From the NCBI RefSeq assembly GCF_000143415.4, contig NW_003314319.1, positions 335,181 through 399,180 on the forward strand: a DNA stretch of 64,000 bases, read 5' to 3'. Every line of letters starts with the position of its first letter. Position 1 is the first letter of the stretch. The notes under the pieces are model-generated. The model ran no database searches. It saw only the letters and a program-made list of their open reading frames with translations, and was not told the origin of the DNA. Shown piece after piece: positions 11,688-24,745 of the stretch. A program made the translations under genes and the position numbers. The DNA is from Selaginella moellendorffii (lineage: Eukaryota > Plantae > Lycopodiophyta).

Positions 11688-14600
11688 TGTGAGACACAAA
11701 ATCCCTAGGCCCCAAAGTGGAGCCGAAAGGGTGCCATGTGGTAGTGGCTGAAGCAAAAGCCAAATGAGCGTAACACGTTTGGACTAAAAGGCTCCGACTT
11801 GAAAGGTCGAGAGCGGGAGTGGAACTCCCAACAGAGTGCTCAAGAAACGAGCATGAAGCGAGCAATAAGCGAGGCTCCAAAAAGGGACCCAAAAGGACCA
11901 ACACATGACACGTGGAAGTGTCCAAGATGGAGTCTGAGATGGACCTGAGTTGAAGTCCGAGGTGGAGTTCGAGATGGAGTCCGAGATGGAGTCTGAGATG
12001 GACCGAGATGGAGTCCGAGATGGAGTCCGAGATGGACCCGAGATGGAGTCCAAGATGGACCGAGATGGAGTTTGATATGGAGTCCGAGATGGACCCGAGA
12101 TGGAATCTGAGATGGAGTCCGAGGTCGAGACCGAGACTGGGACAGAGACCGAGACCAAGACCGGGACAGAGACCGAGACCCAGACCGAGACCGAGACTGA
12201 GACCGAGACCGGGACCGAGACCGAGACCGAGGCCAAGCCCAAGACCGGGCCCGAGCCTGAGCCCGAGCCCGAGCCCGAGCCAGAGTCCGAGTCCGAGTCC
12301 GAGTCCGAGTCCAAGTCCGAGTCCGAGTCCGAGTCCGAGTCTGAGAGGGTGAAAGCCCAAAGCGTTCATCTCCCAGATCCTGGGGGGTTTGGTGAGCTCC
12401 AAAAGTATAGTAAGAGGGAGGACTGTAGTGGAGCCAGTTTGGCCAGGAAAGGCCAGTTTGGCCCAGGAAGGCCAAACCCAGTGTTGGGTGATGAACTGAC
12501 CACTGGAAAGTCCAAGACTAGAGTGAATACGGACCGACAAGCAGGGTAGCTTGGTAAAGTGTTCAAGAGTCGGCTCTAGTTCCCCTGGGAGATCGACTGG
12601 CCGATGCTCCCAATCCAAGTGTGGGTGGCACTACTTACTTATATACCTAGTGTGGCTCAATGGAACCTCGCTCTAAGCCCATGGCTAGAGCACCTAAAGG
12701 CAGAAGGTGGGCTCGCGTAGGGCCACGGTGTTCCGAAATGTTGTCCCGAAGTCTCAAATGGGGGAAAAGAGGAGGAGTAGTCCTCTAGTATAGTGACTAT
12801 GAATACGGTCACATGGTGAGGAAGTCCCAGAGGACAATGGGACTTAATGGCCAGGCCTACGGGTCTTGATCTAGTGGCAATGTTGGTGAACATGGCCATG
12901 GACAGGAAAAAGGACTTGGCAGGAACTGACAAAGGGATGTTGGGGAAGGCTATTCCTCATGTCTGTGGGCATCCTAAGGATGCTAAGGAGTGGATCTGGG
13001 ATGACCACTTGTGGACGGACGGCCCAGTCTTGGGGAGACGGGATTGTGATGCAAGTGGTATTGGACCACCAGTGCGGCAAAGGTGAATGGGCATGGCCTT
13101 AGTGTAACGGGCCGATATGTCAGTGGTACCTTTGGGTGTCAGTCTTAGGACTGGACACGGGGAGCACTTGGACCAAGTGCAAGGGATGAGTGGCATGGAT
13201 GCCATCCTTGGGACTAGCAAGTCCTAAGTCCTGAATTGGACTTAAGGAGGTTATGAATGAGACTCCTCCAAGTGGTCGGAGTTGTGGTTAAGTGACTAAA
13301 GTAGAATGGAAAATTTAGTCTCTTACAATTTGGTATTAAAGCTGTTCTTTAGTCCGACTTTTATTGGTGCTCAAGTATATCACCACTTGTGTTAGCATCG
13401 GAAGGTCCTAGGAGTGGACCTATCCTTGAGGAGTAGCAAGTCGGGAAGACATGGCTCTCCACTACAATTCAGGTGTGAATTTGTAAGTGAGATGGTGGAT
13501 AGAAAAGGGCCAATAATAGAACGACTTTGGGATCTTGGGAACAATATAAGGGTTTCCTTAGAGAGTTAAGGATGTGATCTAGATGAGTGTTTGACGTAAC
13601 CAACTGGCTAATGTAGTTGTGGTAAACAACTGTAGTTGGGATCATGTGAAAGATGCGGACTCCAAAAACAATAAATGAGTCACAAGATTACCCTTATATA
13701 GTTGAGGTTGGTACTCATAAATTTGAGACCGGAATTGGTGACCGTGGGAGGTCAAATACAAAAGAGGACACTAGTCCTTGAAATGGTAGCCAAGGCTACC
13801 TTTAATAAATGCTGGAAAAACCTAAGGAGTTGGGGGTGTACTTAAAGATGAGTTGTTATTCTCATCACATGGACAAGTAGTCTTAAGGGGCAAAAGTTAG
13901 CCCCAAAAAAATCATCAAGTGTCTAAGTAACACTTGCAAAGATTGTCCTTGTGAGTAGGATATGAATACAAGAAGTTGTATTCCAGCGAGTTGGCACCTT
14001 GAAAACTAAGACCTCGTAGATTGTTGGATTAGCAACATCCAAAATGCTAGATGACTCAAGTGGAGTCAGGGAATGGTCCTAAGGGATTGGTTGAAGCATT
14101 TGGACTAAGGTGTATGGTGCCCCATGAGGTATAGGGAGGATCATAAAATCCAAGTATGAGAACAATAGGTATCTCATTGATGGCAAAATGTGCCATACTA
14201 AAGTTATGGGAAAGATGTTCCCAGAAAAAAGCAACTTTGGCCCAAAGTTGGGTGCAAACACTATAGTGCGGTGCTAACGAATAGTTAGCATGAGGAACAA
14301 TATTGGTCTTGGCAAGACCTAAACACTAATAAGTAGTGTTATAAGGATAGGCTCGTGGGGCCAATAGTGTGGAGACACCAAATGTGCCAAGGTGTGATAC
14401 CTTGAAGTTATGTTGGTGGGTTCATAAGAACCCCTTGCCAAAGGGAATCCCAACGGAAATGGGAATGGCATAGCCTAAGCTGGAAGGCATGTGGTAGAGT
14501 GTGGTGACCAAAACAATGATGGAAGTGTGGAAGCATCAGCAATGAGTTATAGGACTTGACAACTATGAGGCAACAAAGCAAAAGGTGCAAGATAATTTGT

Positions 14601-17600
14601 TAAATTGGTAGAAGGTAGCTACCCAAGACTTCTTAATGGCATAAGGAAGTTAAATATACCCTTATAGAGGATAAATTTGCTTATGTTGCAATATAGTAAG
14701 TCAATGTTGAAAAGGGGAATGCTCATTGTCAAAGAGGCCATCATTGGGACATCCAAACACTCTAGAACACCCGGAGGTGGTGTTTGATGTCGCGAGGGCA
14801 ATAGATAGGGCCCAAGGGACTAAGTCCCTAGCGAATGATGGATAAAAAGTGCTATCCAAATGTCCAAAGTTGCAAAGACAGAAGAAGTCCGTCTATCCAA
14901 ATCGGATAAAGCCAAAAATGGAATTTTGGCAAAATTAGTGATGGGCATATAAAGGCCTATATGTAGCAACGTTAATCCTGGTGTGTGGGATTATAAGGTG
15001 AGCATACCTAAATTGAGGAACCACTCCCTAGGCTGTTGGGTAGGTTCATCCCCAAGAATACTTGCTAAGGCATGGTAGAAAGTGCAAAGTTATCCTCCTA
15101 ATTTGGACATGAATAACCGAAGGAAATGTATAATGCCAAAAGCAAGTAGTAAGGGGATAGAACCAAACCATAGGAATCAAGGAGCATAACCAAAGGTGGT
15201 TATGTTAGTTAGGAGTGGAGAATCAAGTGGACGCTCGAGTATATTATTACTAGCAACCGTGGTGCCATGAAGAGTCTAAAGCATGGAATTGTCCATGCTA
15301 GACTATATGGCAATTGGAAAGCTTGCAAAAGGAGAAGCCTTAGCAAGCTAAGGGACAAAGTTCCTTCAAGTTCCCAAAGACAATTCTAGGTAGCTTAGTA
15401 CCTAGAAAGGCCAAGTGTAAATGGTTCATAGAGCGCGCAAAATCAGAGTGGCACAGCAAAAGCGTGGTCTTGAAGCTAACCATGAGGCAAGGCTATCAAG
15501 GTTGGGGAAGTAATTCCAGAGTGTTCAAAAAGAGGGTTTTAAACGAAAGTCGATGGTTAAGGACTTTCACGCTTATGCATGAACCATGTTACGGTGGCCG
15601 AATGACTTGTTAAGTGAGATTGGCAAGTCAGAGGGACAAATCCCCTAGTTGAAGTTGCTAACTTCAAAATGAGTGGCCTATGGGGCCAAGTATGGAGGAG
15701 TCCATGCATGATCATAGACTTGTCAAGTGAGAGGACTTAGCAATGTGGGGGAACTAGGTTCCTAAGCTGTGATCTATAACGCACTTTGAGTATAAGTTGG
15801 TGCACCGGCATGGGGAGTCATGCCAGGCATCTAGGGTGATGTCGTCCGTAGATGCATATACAGAGGTTGGGTTCGAGTCCCAACCCTCTAGTGCTTGGGT
15901 TTGAGTCCCAAATCACTAGGGCATGGTGATGGTTTGGAATATGAGGACACTCATATTTCGGTGGTCATAGACTCTCAGTGAAGAGATTGGTTTGGGCACA
16001 CTGCTAAGCGAGGGATGCCTCGGAGTCATGATGCACAGTTAGATTGCTTAGAGTGAAAGCTCGGCATATCTAACTTGAACACTTTGGTGCAAAGGGCACC
16101 AAGGACGTGGTGAATGAGATGGGGATACCTAGTCTTAGTTGCTATGGATCCTTGGTTAGAAGGGCTGGCTTGGGCGCACTGCCAAGTGTGGGGGATGCCC
16201 CCGAGATCATAGTCAACAATTTAAAAAGGTCTAGAAGATTTAGTTCCTATTGGTAAACCTATTAAGGGGTCAATATGAGATCATCAGGTGATCTTGTGGC
16301 TAAACAAAGATAAGGTCTTTGTTTGGGTTAAGGAATATGATTCTCAGTTCAAAGTGTTGATTTGAACTATTGATAATGGTGTGGCTTGGTCGAGGTGACC
16401 AAGTGAGAAGGACACCTAAAGGGAAATCAGTTGTGCCAATACGATGGTATAGTAAGTCCAAGAAAGTAGTCTCGGGGAGAGACCCATGGGAGGGTCGCAA
16501 AGTTGGGCCGTGGACGAAGCCCATAGCAGAAATTGCTAAAGAGACCTACTAGGGGTGAGCACCCGCTGAACTTAGCAAAGTAAAGCCTTTGCCTTGAAAC
16601 CAAAAGGATATCTCGAGAATGAAGGTAGTGATCCTATGTTGCTCAGTGCAACAATCAATGGATAAAAGCAAAAGACTAGTGGCCAAGTGTGGGCCATGAA
16701 GTTCATTGAAAGGAATCCAAATGGCAAAGTTGAGCATGGAACACTAATATGTTGGATGCTAACGGATTGTGAGAAAGGAAATGTGCTTCCAAGGATGGAT
16801 TCCCAAATGCTCCAAGTTGGCAAAGGTGAAAGCTCCAAGGGAGGGAGTGGCAAAGTAGCTAAAGGATAAGGTTGTGGATAGCTCTAGCACAACTTACGAT
16901 GGCTGGAACTTGGTGCCAAAAGTGGCATACAATAGAAAAGAGGACGATGGCGCCCTCAAGTGGGAAGCTTCCTAGGATGGGAAGTGAAGTTGCACAATAT
17001 GTGTAGTGAAAGGTGTCGAAGACACCAAAGAAATTGACTTCGAGAAATCAAAATTAAAAGTTCCAAGGTGAATTTGTCATGTCAATAGAAGTTGGGACTA
17101 CTTAAGAATGAGTAGTGGAATTGAGTTAGAAAAGGTGTCTTTAACGGGTTTAACGAGAACTAAACCAATAAAAGGGAGCAAACCACCCCAAGTGGCCGAA
17201 TGAGTCTTTATGTTAGAGAGACTATGCCCCTTAGAGGATGGACAAGGCAAGGTGAGCCTTCGGGGTCAAACCATAGACAAATATTGGCTGGGTGCCAAGG
17301 ATGGAAATGGTAATACCTGCGGGTGTTACTTTATAAAAGGGTTTATTGTTCGATGAGGACATCGAACTTCATCTATGGGTGGTGGAGTTGTGAGACACAA
17401 AATCCCTAGGCCCCAAAGTGGAGCCGAAAGGGTGCCACGTGGTAGTGGCCGAAGCAAAAGCCAAACGAGCGTAACACGTTTGGACTAAAAGGCTCCAACT
17501 TGAAAGGTCGAAAGCGGGAGTGGAACTCCCAATGGAGTGCTCAAGGAATGAGCATGAAGCGAGCAATAAGCGAGGCTCCAAAAAGGGATCCAAAAGGACC

Positions 17601-17964
17601 AACACATGACACGTGGAAGTGTCTGAGATGGACCTGAGTTGAAGTCCGAGGTGGAGTTCGAGATGGAGTCCGAGATGGACCCGAAATGGAGTCCGAGATG
17701 GACCCGAGATGGAGTCCGAGATGGACCGAGATGGACCCGAGATGGAATCCGAGATGTCAGTGGTACCTTTGGGTGTCAGTCTTGGGACTGGACACGGGGA
17801 GCACTTGGACCAAGTGCAAGGGATGAGTGGCATGGATGCCATCCTTGGGACTAGCAAGTCCCAAGTCCTGAATTGGACTTAAGGAGGTTGTGAATGAGAC
17901 TCCTCCAAGTGGTCGGAGGTGTGGTTAAGTAACTAAAGTAGAATGGAAAATTTAGTCGTTTACA
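11688..17964 (+). mobile_element. Non-autonomous LARD-type LTR element, complete with TSD
   Basis: 5' LTR 11688-13327 and 3' LTR 17389-17964 (tgtgagac...ttaca); AATGG at 11683-11687 and 17965-17969; PBS relic tggtattaaagc 13331-13342; ~4 kb internal region with no long ORF. Confidence 0.9.
11925..12345. repeat. Compound minisatellite inside the LTR (GAGATGGAGTCC 12-mer, GAGATGGACC 11/12-mer, GAGACC, GAGCCC and GAGTCC hexamers)
   Basis: Directly visible; also at ~6195-6605, 17620-17755 and, degenerate, at 36480-36825. Confidence 0.9.
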
Positions 17965-17969
17965 AATGG

Positions 17970-18830
17970 TTTAGGTTTGGTTTCTTTGCTCAAGAGGGTT
18001 AATGCCTTTGGCTTCTCTCTTTATGTCCCTGCGAGTAGGGGTATATCACACTTTTGTAAGCTAGGTGATACCTAGAGCCACAAGGGTGGCTAACTCTATT
18101 GGTCATTTCTTTGCCAGCAATGGCCAGAAAATGTTTGAGTGTAACACACTTGCATTAGACAAAGAAGTTCCTTTCTAACTTATTTAAGTTGGTGCATTTC
18201 TCATAAAGTGTGAATGCCATAAACTATTTTTGGAGTTGTTTCCTTGGTAGTGTTCTAAATTAGAGTATGTATCGACGAGGACATCGATCTTCCCTAAGGG
18301 GGGAGAATGTCGCAAATATAACTGTGGGTATCAAAAGTTATCTATTAATTAGTCCTTTCAGATATTCTTTCCTTACAGCCATAATGGCAAGAGGTCAATA
18401 TTGTTATCAATTCCTACTTAAAATAGTTGAAAAACTAGTCAATGACTGTACACTTAAATCGGATAAACATAAGGTAGGAACCATATGTGTTTCTTGCTAA
18501 GCATATTCGGCTTAGTTTGAGAAACTCCTATCATTAGCTTGGACTTGATAGTATCAAGAACCTTTGTGATATTGAACTTAATCCCTCAATATTCACTAAA
18601 TGATAGCTACCGTATTTGCCAAACACCCTCACTATCATGCCTTTTATGTTAGTCTCATTCCAGTCCCAAATGCTATTTATGAAAAGTGTCTAAATTTTCT
18701 CATTTGGCATATTTACAGAATGTAAAGATTGTCCTAAACATAATGGTGTTCATCTTATGTCTAAATTCACAATCTAGGGATATTCTATATTTAGCAAATT
18801 TCAAATTTGTCCTAGAGACTAACTTCTAGT
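17970..18830 (+). mobile_element. 3' end of an older LTR element that the LARD interrupted (PPT and LTR start near 18309)
   Basis: gaggacatcg...aagggggggagaa purine tract followed by tgtcgc. Confidence 0.45.
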
Positions 18831-21009
18831 ACTAAGGGTAGCTAAAGGTGAAAGCGTAAAGCATATGTTCCTTAGAGGGCGGGGGGGGGGGGGGGGGGGG
18901 GGGGGGGTTTTAAGGGTTTTAAAAAATAAAAAGGGGGAAATTGGGCCTTTTCCCCCCACCCAAAAAAAAAAAAAAGTCCCCCTTTGATGGCCGGCCCTTT
19001 TGGGGATTTTAATTGGGGTCCAACCCCAAATTCCAACCCAATTTAGGGGGGAAAAACCCCCGTCCCCCTTTTTGGCCCCCGGAAAGTTAAAAAAACCCCA
19101 AAATTTGGGGGGGCCCCTTTTTGAAAAAAAACCCAAAAATGGGAAAATAAAAGCCTTTAAAATTTTCCCAAGCACTTTTGGGCCCTAACCCTTTCCCCCC
19201 TAAGGGGGAACCCTAAAAAAAACCTTTGGGCCCCAATGTCATTGCTTCTTGCCTCTATACTTAGGAGTGTGGCACCGTTCTTTCGTTCAATGGACCAAAG
19301 CCTTGAAACTCGGGTTCTACACTACTGTCCTTTGGACACATGGCATATAACATGTGGCATATGGAGGGTTTAAGTTCCACTTCATGGTTATCCTATGGTA
19401 AATCACCATAGAATGAAGGGTGAAAACTATATGTGTTATATTTGGTATTAGAGGATGAGTTTTAACAAATACTATCCAATGAAATTGGGCAATTAGTCTC
19501 ATTGTATACGCAAAGATGAAAACAATGATTTAAGTGGGTATATATCTAAATGCAAAAGCTTTGCATTTGTTCTTTGGGTATGGATTTTGGTTACTTTTTT
19601 ATACCATATTATGTGAGCTTGCGCTTGGGCTTATAAAATGGATTGAAATGTTTTGTTTGCATGAGTTTGCATTTGGGCTTGTAAGTAAGGCACATTAACA
19701 ACTCAAAGTTACACTTTAAGTTGGTAGGAATAATGTTAGTCTATTGGTGGTTCCATGAGTGGTTTCATGTACTATGGGTAAAAGTAAATTTTCCCTAGGT
19801 TTGCTATAAGTGGCAAATAGGCTAGTCCATAGCTGTTTAGCATAGCACTAGTGGATCCTTCCTATGCATGATTATAAGTGGGTTTTAAGTAGCCATTAAT
19901 CAATAGGAATTGAACTTATGTCATTTTCTTTGATACCACATGTAATGCACCCTATCTCTCTCCCCTTAAACCATAATGAAAAAGCCTTTAGTGGTTATTT
20001 TATCCCCATTTATCCTCTAAAGTTTTAAAGATCCATAGTGATAGTATATCCAAATCTTATTCCATGATCACATGTGCTACAAATATGTTAACATACTGGA
20101 AAGTCCAAATTTCAAAGCTTACAATTTAGCATCTAAGAAACCTTGAGTTCGACTTTATTAATTAAATACACCATATCACACCATATGTTGATATTAATAT
20201 TTAATAGTTCAATTCCCTTTAGTTAGGCTCGACCCAAGGGATAACCTTTGCTCAAGAAAACATGAATTTACATAGAAGCATAGTGGATTATAGCCAACAA
20301 AAATGACATTTGGCATTCAAAAGGTCTCAAGTATGACTTTATTAATTGGCTAGAGGAATCATACCATATCACACCACATATTGAGATTGACATTTAATAA
20401 TCTAGTTTCTTCTGGTTGGGTTTTTTTTTTTTTTTTTTTGAGGGATAACTTCCATTTATGCCTTTTGAAGCATGATGCAATGTAAGCAATTGAGAATGAC
20501 TCAAAAAAATGGTTTATAAAAGTTTAAATATAGAAGGAAATGAGCATCTATTTTCCCAAATGGTTAAAGGTCTTCAAATACTTGGAATTAAGCATATTTG
20601 GATTTAAATAGTATTAAGTATAGCGGATTGTAAGTATTAATGTTTATAGCTTTATAAATTAAGAAAAAAAATATTTAGATCTTCACTTCAGAATTTAATT
20701 CTAAATAACACTTTAACCTCTAAATTATGAATAGTTATATTTTTAGTTTTTCACTTTCTATTTTTTAATTTCTAAAACTTTAGTATCTAATAATATTATT
20801 TGTGGTGCATAATAGGGTGACAAAATAGGTGAAAGATATAAGCTCTTTTACACTTCCAACTCCACATGTCAATCACCATTCACTTTGCTATTCTTCCATT
20901 CACAATATTGAGGTTGAATCATTGTCTAAAAATAGATATTCCAATTTTTCATATTCAAAATATGGAGGACAATATCAGCTTTCACAAGTTGAAGACATCC
21001 AATTTGTGC

Positions 21010-21685
21010 ATTCCAGGTAACTCAAGGCACCTCCATCACAGGCGCCAACACAACCCCAGAATCCCCGGGAGGCCAGCGCTTCGACTCTGTCATGGGAGTA
21101 GATGGAGCCCTCTCCATCCTCGCCGATGCCATGGCCTTCGTCCAGCTTGGCTTCGAGTATATGAGCCCCGACACACCCAAGAAGGAGATTGACACCATCC
21201 ACTTCACAGTGGACGGCATGCCTGGGGTGGCCTACGCCATTGGTGTGGAGATCCATCTCAGCGCACAGTTTGTTGCTACTTTCACTGGAGACTTGGTTTT
21301 TGAGCTCCGAGGCGTCTTGTACCACGAGATGACTCACATTTGGCAGTGGTTCGGCAAGGACGGGAGCCGGGCGCCGCAGGGACTGATCGAGGGGATTGCC
21401 GACTTTATGAGGCTCAAGGCTAAGCTAGGTGTGTCGACCAATGGGTTTGTGGGGTCGGGGAGCCACTGGGACGAGGGGTATACCGTGACTGCACTGTTTC
21501 TAAACTATGTCAACGATCTCTATCCCAGCTTTGTGGCAGAGCTTAACAAGAAGCTCTATGACGGGTGGAGTGAAAACTACTTCCAGGATCTGACTGGAAA
21601 GAGTGTGGATCAGTTGTGGAGCGATTACAAACTGAACTTTGTTTATAGATTTTGTCTGAAGAATGGAACCAAATTGTCATTATGA
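21010..21685 (+). pseudogene. 5'-truncated BSP/PR-17 gene (signal peptide codons lie at 32364-32395; altered C-terminus)
   Basis: Begins at attccaggta (codon 11-12 of the intact copy); contains HEMTH; a short deletion removes the native stop. Confidence 0.85.
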
Positions 21686-22549
21686 AATATACATCAATTA
21701 AGAGTCTTAGATAATGGTAAAACTAAATAGCCCTTTAGCTATTACAACCTAAATTTATAATTAAAGAGTTTATAAAGAGTAAATTATTATAATTGAATAC
21801 TTTAGATTATTTTTTGGATTGTTTAAGCAAACCTGTAAGTTATAAATGTATTTATGATTATTGATCATTTAGATTATTCAATAATAGTAAACAGGAATGA
21901 CACTATTATAACCAAACATTGCTACATGCATAGTGCAGCTATTAAAAATGCAAAATAATGAGAATTTTAATGGTTTGTTTAATATTCAAGATAATATACT
22001 TTAAAACTAAAGCATTAGTGTTAGTAAATAGATTTTGTATTTGTCTTTGGGCAACTTGCCATGTGGCAATCTTCATTATAATTTTTTTCCTATGCTCTCT
22101 CTATTTTATAGTTAGTTAATTATTATTTACTTTTTGAGTTTCTAATCTTTCATGTAATTTATTATCATGAAGATTATTGTATACTGCTTCTAATCACTTT
22201 ATCTACCAAAAGAAGTCTTACACTGTATTTAATCTCACCAAATTAAATAGTAAATATTTGCTAATGATTGTTACAATTTTTTCCTTTTTGATCATATATA
22301 TTAATATCCATTGCATACAAGAGAATCTCATGGTCTTTCTTTTGCATGATTATCTGTCTTATTGAGAAATTATCCCATAAAACATCAACTATTGATGGGC
22401 TGGTTTGACTTTGCATTTAAAATAATAACTCAAGTGAGTAATTGCATATAATCTAAAATTTTTAGGCTAATCGGATTATGCGTAGAAGTTTACTATTCAT
22501 TTCAGCAGCTTGTAGAAGTTTTACTTTTCATTTCAGCAGCTAACATCTA

Positions 22550-24216
22550 TTAATCAATTAATCTCTTTCGAAGAGTGACACTATAAAACTTTGTTGTTCT
22601 AATGGACAAGATCAAGCTCACAATGGATGCAAACAAACACACTCCAGCCATTACGAAAAAGGTTGTTCTGTAGCAATGTGGTCCATGGCAAAGGAGCTCA
22701 TCACCATCCAAACTTCCATTGCTCGGTCCAAGCTTACTCTCGCAGTCGTATAAAACTCCTGCCACCCGGACGGACAAAACATAAGTTCCCAGAGCCTTAG
22801 CGACGTAAGTTACATTTTGGAGCGTCCCATAGAACCTGAGCCCGAAGATCTCCGCTATCATGGTGTAAAGAACCGACCACTGGCCACCGATTGACAGCCC
22901 AATCAAAACCCAGCCGTAGAAGAGCGCTCCGGGAAGCCCAAGAGCGATTATCAAGCTCCCAAGCGACAGAAGCAAGAGAACCAGGCACAGGAAGAAGGGC
23001 CTTGCGACGCCATAGCTGGCGAGGCATATGTCCGAGATGAAGCCAACGCCAACGCCACCGTTGAAGTCCCAGATGCTAAGGAGGGCGATGAAAGTGTTTG
23101 TTCCGGCCTGGGAGTAGCCAAGGGACGTTCCAATCTGGCCGAAATTGTTGGTCACGGTTAGCACAGCGCCAATGCCACAGGTTGAAGCCACGAAGATGAG
23201 AAACATGTCGATGCTACAGAGCGCCTGGAGGATTGTGAAATCGTCTCCTCGCTTGACGGGCGATCCTTTAAAGAAGAAGATCGAAATGTGCGAGGCGATG
23301 GCTGGAGCAGCGGCGTCTGCCCCATGATCCGGAGGATCTACGTCTTGATAATCTGTTTGAGGAGTTTCTATCGCTGCGTTCTCCACTAGATCAACATCAA
23401 CTTCTTCGCGAAGGCGATGCCGGAGGGTTTTGGATTCCTGTCTCAGAACCACAAGAACTGGGATGGAGAGAATGATCAGCATAATGGAAAAGAAGGCCTT
23501 GATGATCCGAGACTCTAGGCGCACGAAGTGCTGGAGGATGATATAGCCATGAGATATCCAGCCAGGATCAAAGTTACTGACAAGAAGACGAAGAGCGTTC
23601 TCGAGTCATTGTAGCGACCGTCGAGTGGGACGGATCGAATGGAAAACGCGAAGAGAAGGCACAAGAGTGATGGAAACCAGGCCAGCAAGAGAACGAATGA
23701 ATCGTCATTGCGAGAGAAAAAGGCCTGGTAAAGCAGCGTGAACATCGCAACGCTCAATCCCTGCGTACTGTCGAGAAGACTAAGAACCATGCCCTGGTTC
23801 TTGGGGAAATTCTTGGCACAGGCCACAAGAACAGCGGTGGTGGTGAAGGCTGCCGATGCGCCGATCATAAAGAGATAGAAGCACAGTTCCCAGACATGGG
23901 GTTGTGCTATTCTCTGCGTTGTAGCCAGCCATATCGTGAAGTATCCAGCAAAGTTTAGCGCGAATCCAAGGAGGAGCACGACCCAGGGCCCGGTGAGATC
24001 ATAGAGGAGGCCGGAGAGAATCCCGACGCTGGTGCCAACGTCCTTAAATAAGCTTATGGTGTTGATATTTTTTTGGTTGTAGTCGAGGGACAGCTTGAGA
24101 TGCTGCGAGAAGAGGCTGAAGTTGTTGAGTGCTCCTCCCGTGGAGATCATGAGGAAGAAACTTGCCAATGCAACCATCCATTGACTGTTGTAGAGGTGTT
24201 TGATCGTCCCAACCAT
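22550..24216 (-). pseudogene. Nodulin-like MFS transporter, frameshifted (1-bp deletion near 23543)
   Basis: ORFs of 233 and 324 aa join to match the intact 556-aa copy at 55192-56862. Confidence 0.9.
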
Positions 24217-24684
24217 GATCCTAAGCTAAACTTTAGATTGAAATAAGAGTGGAGAGCATATATATTTAAAGGAAGAAATTCAAATCGAAAGAGAACATAT
24301 TCACTGTCTTAGTTTTTCTACCCGGCTCTTTCAGAAAGAAATTGTGTCCAAGCAGCGCACAACAAGGACTGAAGACCAGGAAGATCTGCAAGATGTAGCT
24401 CTAATTTTCAATCGTGGCATTCTTGCATCCATCAGTCTCATGCTTACAACTATCTATTTATGTTATTTCGGTAATCTTGTGACTGATGGATGTAGAAAAT
24501 CGAAGCCGCGATGTCGGCTCCCTCCTTCGCTGCTGCTGCCGGCTTCGTCGCTTACTATCCAGAGTCTCGAAAAAGAAAAGACGTGATGTTTTAAGGAATT
24601 GAGGCGATGGCCAGGTGGGCTGCCACCTAGAAAGAAGGTCTTTCGCGGCCACCAACTTGGACTTTAACATCATGAAAAATCAAC

Positions 24685-24692
24685 TATATAAA
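24685..24692 (+). promoter_or_regulatory. Putative TATA box of the 2ODD gene within a ~530-bp divergent MFS/2ODD intergenic region
   Basis: TATATAAA ~55 bp upstream of ATG 24746, present in all three copies. Confidence 0.55.
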
Positions 24693-24745
24693 CCCACCAA
24701 TTCTATGCAACCTCATTCATCTTGTTTCCTCCTAATTTTGTAGCT

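Noticed and set aside
11925-12345. Possible CRISPR-like array
   Set aside because: Contiguous short tandem units with no unique spacers, in a eukaryotic context.
15862-15889. tRNA gene
   Set aside because: Only a T-arm-like hairpin; no D-arm, anticodon arm or acceptor stem is discernible.
18878-19235. Homopolymer-rich stretch with poly-G and a poly-Pro ORF
   Set aside because: Runs of G/A/C/T after a long poly-G are typical of degraded Sanger base-calling; likely an artefact rather than a G-quadruplex locus or gene.
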